A stretch of 60,000 nt of DNA from assembly GCF_018350175.1 (NCBI RefSeq), contig NC_058383.1:29886001-29946000 (forward strand). The letters are read 5' to 3'. How positions within the stretch are numbered: position 1 is the stretch's first letter; the number at the start of each line of letters is the position of its first letter. A model generated the notes under the pieces. The model was not told the DNA's origin. It saw only the letters and a program-made list of their open reading frames with translations, and made no database searches. The stretch is from Felis catus. Taxonomy: Eukaryota. This document shows positions 49,850 through 60,000 of this stretch, one piece after another. Position numbers and translations under genes: made by a program.

Positions 49850-50510
49850 TTGTCCAAGCCACCATTTCTTCCCAGTTAGATTATTGCGACAGCCCCTTGA
49901 GTGGTTTCAGTATTTCTACACCTGCCCCTATCATATATTTTTCACATGGCGGCCAGAGTGATTTTTTTAAAAAGCATAAATCACTTTATGTTACTCCCTT
50001 GCTTAGAAGCATCCACTGGCTTCCTGTGCCCCTCAGCATAAAGTGGCAGCTGTTCACCATGACTTACAAGGTCAATGTCGACCCATGATCATTTCTGTTT
50101 TTCTTCCATCCACTTAACTAAGTTTCCAAAATCTGAAGTTCCCACCCCAGGGCCTTTGCACCCCCTGGTTTTCCTTCCTGGAAGACTCTTGTGTAGCTGG
50201 TGTCTTCCTGTCATTCAGATCCCAGATTCAGCATCATTTCGTCATGCAGTATCAGAGCCACTCTCTGATTCTCTGTTATATCAGTGCACGTACATTTATT
50301 TTTTAAAAGCGTTCGTGTCTGTATGATCTCTTTTCTTTGTTCTTCTGCTGTTTGTTTGTCTTCTGTCTCTCCCCTTATCAAATATGCAAGCTCCTGGAGA
50401 GCAGAGGTCTTACCCCCTTGCTCACTGCCATATTCTTGCTTCGCACCTAGTATATAGCTTTGCGTGTAGTCGGTGGTTAGTAAGTATTTGTGGACTGAAT
50501 AGATGAATTG
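49850..50510 (+). mobile_element. L2a-like 3' region
   Basis: 'gccagagtgattttttaaaagcataaatc', 'cagggcctttgcac', 'gctcctggagagcagagg', terminal 'taagtatttgtggactgaatagatgaat'. Confidence 0.8.
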
Positions 50511-51204
50511 TTATCATATCCCCTCCAGTCTAGATCAGAGGCTGGATTTTCTTTGGGAAGTAAGGGATGCTTTTGCATCGGTTATGTTTGTAAACCACTG
50601 CAAAGGGATGTGAGGGTGGGACCGCGGAATTCTAGAAACATTGGTTCCTGAGGTTACCAGCATTCAGCCCATCATGCCTGAGTGACACCTACTCCCTCCC
50701 AGTCTGTTTCAAGCCTTTGATCTCCGATTGTGGCCGAGAGGCAGCTGTAATTAACTGCCTGAGCTTTGAAAAGGTTTGCCAAGCTAAACCAGAGCAACCG
50801 CTGTTTGTAAACAGTAGTTAGCTAGAAGAAAAGGTAAAATTGCATGTGTCATCCTGTTTTCTATCATATGCATTTTGAGGTTCAAAGGGATAATACTGAA
50901 ACGAATATCCCAGTGTTCTCATTTGTACTTGTCTTCGAAAGAGGCAAAGAAAAAGCTTTTAAGTAAAATAGAGCGGTGGGTACTGCTCTTTTTATACGCT
51001 CAGGCCGGGACTGTTTGAGGAGCAAAATAGCCGTGCCAGCGAGAACCATTTCTCACCTGTCAACTACGCCCAGTGAGACATTTTACAGAAACGAGTGCAA
51101 TTACTCTCATAATAATTTTGGAGTTTGATATTGCCAGCCCTATTTTGTAGACAAGGCTGAAACTGAAGCCCAGGACCAGTTAACACAGGTAAGTGATGCT
51201 TTTC

Positions 51205-51640
51205 TCCATTCAAGCATTCGTTCATTCGTTCGTTCACTCATGCATTCATTCAAGGTTTATCAGGCATCTGTGTGCAGTAGGGGTTTTGTTAGAGGCTGTA
51301 TGTTCCAAATGAGCAGAACAGATTCAGTCCTTCCCTGCCCTCCTGCAGCTTGGAGTTCCCAGTAGGGACAAGCATTCAACACACAACTCTGCAGATAAAT
51401 ATTCAATTCTTGTAGTAGAGCAAAGGCTGTGAAGGGAGAGAACAGGGCACTGGGTAGGGATAAGAGGGAATCTTCTTCAAGGGAGGGGCCAGGAAAGCCT
51501 TTCTGAGGAAACGACGTTTAGTAGCTTAGACCTGTAGCCTGAAGAATGAGGGGGAATGGGAAAGAAGCATTCCAGGCATGGGGGATTGGTAGATGTGATA
51601 AACCTAGTCCAGGAGGGAGCTTGGTGAGGTCTGAAGTTGG
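51205..51640 (-). mobile_element. L2 3' region
   Basis: (TTCA)n end, 'ccctgccctcctgcagctt', 'ggaaagcctttctgagga', 'gcattccaggc'. Confidence 0.7.
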
Positions 51641-52778
51641 ACAGGCCCACCTGGCTGGATGGTGGCGAGCCCAGGAGAAAAGGCTGGCAGCCAGACCAGA
51701 GGGTGATTCGTAAATTAGGGTTTTGTTCTGCAGAGAAGCAGAAGCCACGAGAGGGGATGTCTGAAACTGCTTGCCTACAAAGTTCAAAAAGGGTAGGGCT
51801 GCAAACGTCTCAGAATGTTCCCTAACACATTCTCTTGGGGTCACCTTGGAGGAGTAGAATTAATACCCCTATCTGCCAAGCACAGTGCCTTCCAACTCCT
51901 GGAGTCTGCCAGAGTAATTCTGCCAATGGTACCATCAGACAGTCCTCAACAACTAAAGATGTTGACTCTTAGAAGGCCCAGATGGAATAATAATAATATC
52001 CAGCCACTAAAATAATTAAAAAAAATGAGTTGAAAGGACAAGCGAAGATGTGATTATATCCAGTTACAAAATAGCAGGTGTTGCGTGATCCTATTTTTTT
52101 TTTAATCCTTTAAAAAAGATCTATGCATTGGAAAAATGAAAATCCTGGTTGAATATTTATCAAAGTGCTGAGCCCGGGTGGGATGCCAGGTACACCTACC
52201 TCCCATCATAATCGTGAGAGTAGACATTGCCAGCCCTAAATTCCAGATGAGGGGAAACTAAAAGGCAGAGGCAACATAACAGTTAAGGTTTTCGTTCGTT
52301 CATTCATTCATTCATTCATTCATTCAAGAAATATTTATTAGATATTGACTATGTAGCAGGGAGTTGTCCTGGATACTGAATTTTCAAATGATGAATGCAC
52401 CAGATGGCTTTTAAAAATGTATTCTCAATTATTTCAGATATATTAAAAATGTATCAAAGAAAAAGTATAAGCAATATCCAGGTCTCCAATACTTAGCCAA
52501 GGAAATAAAACGTCGCCGATTCAGTTGAGGGTCTCTTGTGTTATTCCTTTCCCATTACGTTCCACCCCTTCCCCTTAGGGATAAACACTGCTGTAACTTG
52601 GATGTTTATCATTCTCCTACATTTTTTGGATCGCAGTTAATTTTTATCTCCTTTTTGCATGCTCACATTTTTGAAATTTTCTGCTGTGAACACATATCCT
52701 TTCAAGGAAAAAAAAATACCCAATAAAATTTATTATTTTTCAAAACCCAGTGGAGATGATGAAAATCGGGCTTCGAAA

Positions 52779-52813
52779 ACACACACACATACACACACAC
52801 ACACACACACACA
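52779..52813. repeat. (CA)n microsatellite
   Basis: CA run with one interruption. Confidence 0.95.
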
Positions 52814-53389
52814 GTCTCTTCCAGAACCTGCAATTACTGACCTTCCTTCATCCTGGAGGGGTCCTTTGACCCCCTGCTACTCCAGCTTTCCTTCTTGGAC
52901 CCCCTCCTGAGATCTAGAGAACTGTTAGCCAAGAAAGGACTCCTTCTCAAGTTCTTTTGCCTCCTAAAAATATTTAAAGGACAGTGTTTGTTGATGCCTG
53001 AAGCTGGGATTGTCAGGCTCCTGATGGGAATATGTCCTTGATCTCTTGCTACTCCACACACACCCATGTTCTTCTGGACAACACTGACCAAGGACAAAGA
53101 AGACCAAATGTCCAACCCCAGCTGCAGGGAGGAAAGTCATCCAAATGCATTTCCAATACCAAAGCCTCAATTAGAAGCAAACTTTACCTTGCATTTTTAT
53201 GATGTGTGTCTTTGTCAATGTCTGTATTTGCAAAGACAAAGGGAATTAATATTTAATATGCACCCAATGAAAGGAGACGGGGAAGAACCCATTCTCTGCT
53301 GCTTTTGAATATTCCATCTTAAAATATCAGCCTTTAATCTCTTGACTATGAGATACACATTGTCCTGTCCTGTTTCTCACTGGTATTGG

Positions 53390-53532
53390 GTGAGAACGAT
53401 TTTATCCTTGAAGTCAGATGAATCTGGGCTTTCTATCCAGCTCCGTCACTTATGTATGGTGGGGCCCTGGGTTTCAGTTTTCTCTTCTGAAAAATGGAAT
53501 AATAATGCCTACATCACAGGGGTGCAGTGAGG
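53390..53532 (+). mobile_element. MIR
   Basis: 'ctgggtttcagttttctcttctgaaaaatggaataataatgcctac'. Confidence 0.7.
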
Positions 53533-53535
53533 AGC

Positions 53536-53549
53536 CCACAAGATGGCGG
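53536..53549 (+). promoter_or_regulatory. Candidate CTCF core motif overlapping a YY1 motif
   Basis: CCACAAGATGGCGG vs CTCF CCASYAGRKGGCRS (one mismatch); contains AAGATGGCGG (YY1); motif match only. Confidence 0.4.
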
Positions 53550-54076
53550 GCGCACTAGATAAAAATGGCAGTAGGAACCCTACGAACCCAAGCAGACTGC
53601 TGCTGTTTTGCCTCCGGGGGGCGTTGGGGTTGGGGTAGCTGTACCTGTCCGAGGAGGTATAAAAGGAACCTCTTTGATTTGGATAGAATGGTGTAGAAAA
53701 GGAAAGGAGGAGTCTGAAATTTTAAAGCTTCCACCTGATTTTTTATGCTGCTTAGAGGCTCTGAGTCTCAGAATATTTGACACTTAATTTCAGCCGAGAT
53801 ATTTTTGTGTGTACGCATATGAAGATAGGTCCAAGGCTAAATTGCTCTGCAAAATATGGGAAGGCCCGAGGGTGAAGAACCCGAGGAGATAGCTGTGCGA
53901 GGAATAGACAGGTGTCAATAAGGCTGTATGGAAGCCAGGCGGGGAGAGCTGGCGTGAGCTGGGTTGAGCTGGGCTGATCTCACCCCTACGCCCCAGTTCG
54001 GGGAACCCCGGGGCATCTGTTGTTTTTTTTTTTTTTTCCACAACAGCCTTACAGTCTTACTCATTCCTTACACGTG

Positions 54077-54078
<2 letters not shown>

Positions 54079-54114
<36 letters not shown>
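54079..54114. repeat. (CA)n microsatellite
   Basis: perfect CA run. Confidence 0.96.
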
Positions 54115-54117
<3 letters not shown>

Positions 54118-54427
54118 CACCTCCCCTCCCCTCCTCCTTTCCCCCGCTAGTTCTACCGAGAACAGTTTGAATTTTTCCTGTTTTGTGTTTGCTGATACCC
54201 TGTCTGGGGCGGGCTCATTCCTCCCTCTCGGATCTCTGTCAAAATTTCAATCATCCTCAAGCCCATCTCAAACTCGGCTGCTCTTTAAAGCTCACCCTGG
54301 GTCTCCTGCAGGGAGTCTGCTCCTCCCTCGGCACCCCTGCACCCCAGGCTGCTTACCTTGCACAGCCCCCTCCCATGTGGACAACCCCCAACCCCTGCTC
54401 AGTTTTACATCTTTGTGTTTACATCTC

Positions 54428-54794
54428 CGTTCAGCAACTATTTACTGAGCTTCTCTGTGCCAGGCACTGTCCCAAGTGCTGCCCGTACAGTGGTGAGCAG
54501 AGACAAAATTCTTGTCCTCACAGAGCTCACCTTCTAATGGCCCCATGCCAGACACACATAATACATGGGCTAGAATTATTTAGTATGTTAGAAGATAGAG
54601 GAAGATTAATGGTTGTAAGGGAGATTGGGAGAGCCAGGGGAACAGGCTGCTATTTGTAATAAGGTGATCAACGAAAGCCTCACTAAGGAGACACCATTTT
54701 GAGTAAAGGCTTGAATATTTTTTAATGTTTGTTTATTTTTGAGAGAGAGAGGGGGAGTGTGAGTAGGAGAGGGGCAGAGAGGGAGGGAGGGAGG

Positions 54795-54834
<40 letters not shown>

Positions 54835-55300
54835 ATCCAAAGCAGGCTCCAGGCTCAGAGCTGTCAGCACAGAGCCCGACGCGGGGCTCCAGTTCAGGAA
54901 CCTTGAGATCATGATCTGGGCCGAAGTTGGACGCTTCAGGGACTGAGCTACCCAAGTGTCCCTGAATAAAGACTTGAAAGAAGTGAGGGAGGGGGCCATG
55001 TGGATATGTGGGAAACAGCATTCCAGTCAGAGGGAACAGCCAATGTTAAATCCCTGAGGCAGGAGCAGGCCTGGCGCATCAGCGTGGTTGGGACAGAGTG
55101 GACAAGGGTCAGGGGGGAGGGGACAGGAGCAGGAGGAAGGTTGTGTAAATCCTTGTAGGCTATTGTATGGGTCTAGGCTTCTTCTCTTCGTGGAAAGGGG
55201 AAGCCCTGGGGGCTTTTGAGGAGAGGGGCTACCTGTGACCTCTTTCCACCCCAGATCATACTGGCTCCCATGTGGAAAATGGACCACCCAGAACAGGGAA
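54428..55300 (-). mobile_element. L2a-like 3' region split by a SINE
   Basis: 'tatttactgagcttctctgtgccaggcactgt', 'agcattccagtcagagggaacagc', 'gggaagccctgggggcttttgag'. Confidence 0.8.
54716..54963 (-). mobile_element. Carnivore SINE nested in L2
   Basis: TSD taaag(g/a)cttgaa. Confidence 0.95.
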
Positions 55301-55400
55301 GGGACAGTGACCAAAATAAACATGGACTTTGAGGGTGTGGGGGCTGGGTTACTTTTCTTTCCCTTTTGACGTAAGTAGGCAAGATTTTAAAAATAATCGT

Positions 55401-55624
55401 GGGGCACCTGGGTGGTGCAGTCAGTTTAGCATCTGACTCTTGATTTCATCTCAGGCCTGATATCATTGCATCATTCATGGGATCGAGCCCCATCATCCCA
55501 TGGTTCATGGCCCTGTGCTGACAATGCAGAGGCTGCTTGAGATTCTCTCTCTCCCCCTTTCTCCTTGCCCCTTCCCCCTCTCAGAATAAATTAATTGGCT
55601 TAAAAAAATAAGTGAAAATAAAAA
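55401..55624 (+). mobile_element. Carnivore SINE, diverged
   Basis: 'ggggcacctgggtggtgcagtcag...gggatcgagcccc'; A-rich tail. Confidence 0.9.
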
Positions 55625-56049
55625 TAGTGTCGAGTAGAGACCACCGAGGGAGTCTTTTCTGGTGGGTGTCCTGGCTTCAGAGAAACACCAGACTTTGTCT
55701 CGACTTAAATGCAACAGCTCCTTCCCCAACCCCATCTCCCACAAAGCAACATGAACACACAATTCTTCGTTCAAATCTGGAGGAGATGTGGGAGATTTTA
55801 CTCTCATATTCTCTTCCTCTCTCACACATGCACGCCCACACGCTGTAGCATCGTGGAACTGCAACAGTGTTCTCTCTGAAGACTGGGCTTCAATCATGGC
55901 TTTGGCCCTTACCAGCCTTGACCAAACCTCTCTGAATCCCAGCTTCCTCATTCACAAAAATGGAGCTAATGATGCCTACTTCAGTTCACAGTGGGAGTGA
56001 GAACAGTTTGTGTGAGAACCAAGTAGGTTACTAAAAGCATTCCAGAACT

Positions 56050-56222
56050 TTCCTAACCATGAGGACTTGTTTGTTTCAAAGAAGCTTGTTAAAAGTATAG
56101 ATTCCTGGCCCTCCTCCCAGGAATATGTACTAGTTGGACATGGTCAAGAGGGGCACCCAGGCATATGGATTGCTCACAAGCTCCCCACATGATTCTGATA
56201 ACCAACCCAATTTGAGCCATTA
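56050..56222. mobile_element. MER5-like hAT fragment
   Basis: 'cttgttaaaagtatagattcctggccctc...acaagctccccacatgattctgat'. Confidence 0.55.
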
Positions 56223-56369
56223 AAAAATGGAAGAGCTTTGCAAACTGTGAAGTACTTCTCCAGTGTTCAGCTTATGTTATTATCGTTGTCTTCCCTTCCT
56301 ATCCCTAACCCTCTGTACTTGGTAGGGTTGATTTCCAGAGTCTGTGGATATAAGCATGGCCAGCCTCTT

Positions 56370-56525
56370 AAGTGTGTGACTTGTGTACAAGGTCTCCATG
56401 CTCAGAAGGGCGCCATGCTTGGTTTAATACTTGGCTGTCACCACCTTCAGATTCTCAATAATTTTTTTTAATAAGGAGCCGCACATTTCCATTCTACACT
56501 GGACCTTTCAAATTATGTAATTGTT
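56370..56525. mobile_element. MER91A-like hAT-Tip100 element
   Basis: 'gctcagaagggcgccatgcttggtttaatac...gattctcaataatttt...cacatttccattc...aaattatgta'. Confidence 0.7.
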
Positions 56526-57579
56526 CCTAGATACAATGAAGAGATATTACAGTGAAGAGAGTTGAAAATTAAAATTCCTTATCCCCATGTGCAGCACTTG
56601 ATAGAATTACTAACCATGTCCCCATAGCTAAACTCACTAGCCTTTTACATCAACCTTGTGAAATGGATAATTTAATACTCCTTGTTCAGATGTAGAAATT
56701 AGACCTCAGAGTCCTTCAATGACATATGCAACAAGTACAAAATTAGCTGGTGGGAGAACTCGGAGCCTTTTCTGCTACAAGAAGTAATAGTTGCTTCAGT
56801 GGCGTTCAGATTATTGGGTCCCTTTAATTATACTCCAAGGAAAGAGCCTTGGAATTAACATTTTAAAATAAGTATTCCATGCATTCTTTAAAAAAAATCA
56901 ATTAAGTTTGAAAATTTCTGTTTTATGGTAATTACCAAGTTTATTGGTTTCCAGCCTGACTGTGGAATTTGTTTATAAATTCATATTCCTAAGTGCTACT
57001 CCAGGATGCTGAATCAGCCTCCCTGTGGTGGGGGGAGCTTCTTAAATTCATAGCACAGGTCATTTACATGGTCTTCTTCCTGGGTTCGAAAGGACTGACA
57101 TAAGTAATCGATTTGGATGACAGTACTTCTGTCACTCAGTGACACCCACCCATCTCTTTTCTTTCTGATCATAGGAGCTTATACTCTGCCCCTGAGCAGC
57201 TGGCCTTTGGAGGGCCTCTGGGTTCTTTGCAAAGACAAAGACAGAATCAGTCCACATGCCCGTGGGGAAGTTTCTCTCTCTGAAGTTCAGGAAAAAAGTA
57301 GGTGGCAGTGGTGATGTGTGTTGATGTTCATCTTTCCAGAAACACATATTTTTGTACACCATCCCCTTCTGAAAATCTGGATGCAGGATAAGTATCTCCC
57401 TTGGAAGATCCCAAGCTTTTGCTTTGACTTTTAGGGACCAAGAGAGGACATAGGTCCCTATTCAGGTCTTCTAGTGACTCAGGGCAAGAGGAATCTGGGG
57501 AATGAATGGGATGTTCTAAAATAATTAGCACTCTCAAAGGAGGGACAGTAGGAAAGGCTGGGTGGAATTGTCTGAAGGC

Positions 57580-57740
57580 AACACTTTCCTAAATTGGATG
57601 TGCACAAGAATCACCTGGGGATTTGGTTAAAATGCGTGTTTGATTCAGCAGGTCTGGGGTAGGGCCTGGGATTCTGCATTCCAGCCAACTCTCATGTGGT
57701 GCTGATTCTGCAGGTGCACTCTTAGGGGAGTGAGGTCTTA
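57580..57740. mobile_element. MER5A-like hAT element
   Basis: 'agaatcacctggggatttggttaaaatgc...gattcagcaggtctggggtagggcctgggattctgcatt'. Confidence 0.8.
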
Positions 57741-58329
57741 AAGCCTTCTGCCCTCACATACCTGACAAATCCCTAGCAGTGAATTAGGATGAAGCATCCT
57801 GCAATATTTCTGTTGACCGGATAATTCATTCCATGTAGTTTCAAAGATTAAAACGCTGTATGACCTTAATGCAAGCTAACTCATGAGGTGAGCGTCTACA
57901 CATACAGTCCTCATAAGCTGCACTAATGACAACCAGTGTTTATTTTCAAAATATTCTTAGCTTTCATGGAAACAAAATGAGCCATCAAGGATGACAGTGC
58001 AGGGATTCTGTGCTGCTTCTTTGTGACGATTTGGTCTCAAGGTCTGAGGTTTAGGCAATAAATACCTTGAAAAACAAAGGAAAGCCGACATATGTGTGTG
58101 CAGGGAGGTAGTGGAGAATAGGGAAAAAGGCTCAAGGTAAATGCTGTAGAGAATTTTGTCTGCATGATTTATTTATATCCAGGCTATCTGGTTAATTGGC
58201 TCTCAGACGGACAAGCTTGGCTCTGTGCCTGGAAAGAGCTCAGACTTGAAGGTCCCGCCTCCCAGGGTGATTGTGAGGATTAGCTAGATGGAGTAAGTAA
58301 AGTGTCTTGACTTACTAATTCTTTGAGCA

Positions 58330-59345
58330 GTCAACCAATATTTGTTGAGTGCTGGTTACATCTTGAGTAACGCACGATAAATGAAGCCAGTGGTTATCTC
58401 TGCCCTCATGGAGCTTGAAGTCCAGTTAAAATGAGCCAATTAAAATAAGAGATGAGCAAGTTGTTGCAGGTGATGTTGGCATGCTGCTCTGAGTCTCGGT
58501 TGGTATATCCCCCCGCCCCCACCCCAGCTGTCGTCCGCCTGGCAGCTAGCACTTCCAACCTTGCGCCAAGGCTTGTCACTGGGCAATTGAAATTGTCTCA
58601 AAACTTGTGTGTCCCACACCAGAGCAGCAGCCCTCAGTCACAGACGGACTGAAGCAGGGGTACAAAAGACCAGCTCCCCTGCCTCGAGGCGGGATGGACT
58701 CAGTGGTGCTGTTCAAGCTCCAGAGCTCCTAGCGGGATGAGGCTCTGTGTCTCCTGAACTACATCTTTGCTCAGCCTTTTCATGTCCCATCCTGCTTCCT
58801 GCACCCTGCCCCCCTTGCAAGTTTCTCCTGCGAGAACTCCTTCAGTGAGCCAATGGTACGAAAGTCCCCAGGCTCTGCTCTTGGGGGACCCCACCTTGTA
58901 ATAATACAAGATTATTTCAGGTAGTGACTCGGACTATGAAGAAATAGAACAGGAGAGGTGAGACAGAGGGTGAGCAGGTAAGGTCTTCTTTTAGATCAGG
59001 TATCAAGGAACGCCTTTTAGAGGAGGGGGCATTTGAACTGATTCATGAGGGAGAGCTGCCCATGCACTGACCTGGGGGGGAAGCATTCTAGGCAGAGGAA
59101 ATAGCTAGGATAGAGACCTCAGGAGGAAATAAACTGGGCACATTTGAAGACCAGGAAGACAGCAGAGGGTGGAGAGTAATAGATGAGGGATACCAGAAGG
59201 AGATGTGTGTGGTCAGAGAGGCAGCCATGGGGCCCTTCTTTGCAAGCAGGGGAAAGAATTTGGCTTGTATCCCAAGTGTGATGCGAAGCCATTGGATGAG
59301 AGTGAGGCCTGATTCAGGTTTCAAAAGGATCATTCTGCGTGTTGT
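58330..59345 (-). mobile_element. L2 3' region (split by the LTR)
   Basis: 'caaccaatatttgttgagtgc...ctgccctcatggagctt' and 'gcattctaggcagaggaaatagc...gaagccattgga'. Confidence 0.75.
58455..58905 (+). mobile_element. LTR16-like (ERVL) solo LTR inserted in an L2
   Basis: 'gctccagagctcc...acatctttgctcagc...cctgcttcc...caggctctgctcttgggggacccc'. Confidence 0.65.
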
Positions 59346-60000
59346 TTGGGGGAGTAGATAACAGTGTTTAGTAATAATAGTTACTAAATAAATAGTAGCT
59401 CAATCAGCAGCTCAATTACCAGCCTTCAGAGATGTCTTAGAAAAAAAACTTCTGCATTAGGAGGGGAAATTGACACAACCACCCTCCAAGGGCTATTTAA
59501 ATAAATCATAATCCAATAACCTCTGATGCTAGTACATCTGGAGCCACCTGACTCACCTGCTAAGACTTTTCATTAGTGTTGTGTTTCCTTTATTGGAAAA
59601 ACTAAAAGAGACATAGTTTCCAGCACATAGTTACCAGATTCTTTTATTGGCATATTTTTTTAGTTGACTCCCCCTCCCACCTTTTATTGATGTTTAAATA
59701 TGGGAAGACGAGACATAAACTTTCAGAAGTTGGGCACGCACATGTCTTCTTAGGACAAGAGGCGGAGACCCTACCAAGCCGAAAGTATCTTTGAAAGTAG
59801 TGATGCCCTACCAGTGAGGTCTAACAGAAAGGGCCCTGGCGTATGGGAGCCAGAAGCTTGAGTTATAGTTTCACTGTTGATGCGGGGGGAATGGTGTGTA
59901 TTTTGGGGGCTTTCGTGGAAAATCTTGTGATCCTCATTTCTCCCTTGGACATCTTGTCACTACACCATTTCCAGAAATGGGTTTTTTACTGTAACTGGTC

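Noticed and set aside
782..55021. Many 60-130 aa ORFs with 'WVAQSVK..TSAQVMIS..SSPASGSVLTAQSLEPA' or 'ERERE' motifs
   Set aside because: All are translations of SINEC copies, not a gene family
1..60000. tRNA genes, CRISPR arrays or prokaryotic features; host gene identity
   Set aside because: tRNA-like A/B boxes all belong to SINE heads; there is no repeat-spacer array; no exon is recognisable to name the locus

Overview
This is mammalian genomic DNA, almost certainly from a felid: it carries about 30 tRNA-derived carnivore SINEs of the cat SINEC_Fc type and a cat-type L1. It looks intronic or intergenic. I find no host protein-coding exon I can support, and nearly all listed ORFs are by-products of repeats or low complexity. 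The main items are a 5'-truncated, recently decayed 4.4 kb L1 with a perfect 17-bp target-site duplication (TSD) at 40483-44900, an older carnivore L1 3' part on the minus strand (19992-21888), and ancient HAL1/L1M/L2/MIR/MaLR/ERV-LTR/hAT fragments. There is also a 30-nt tailless U6 retropseudogene (13301-13330), a ~1 kb TG-rich array with about 28 same-strand TGCATG motifs, and several repeat-free, motif-dense stretches that may be regulatory. I see no convincing new biological system; the TGCATG/UG array is the most unusual hypothesis-generating signal. Repeat family names come from recognising consensus sequences from memory, and boundaries of old repeats are approximate.
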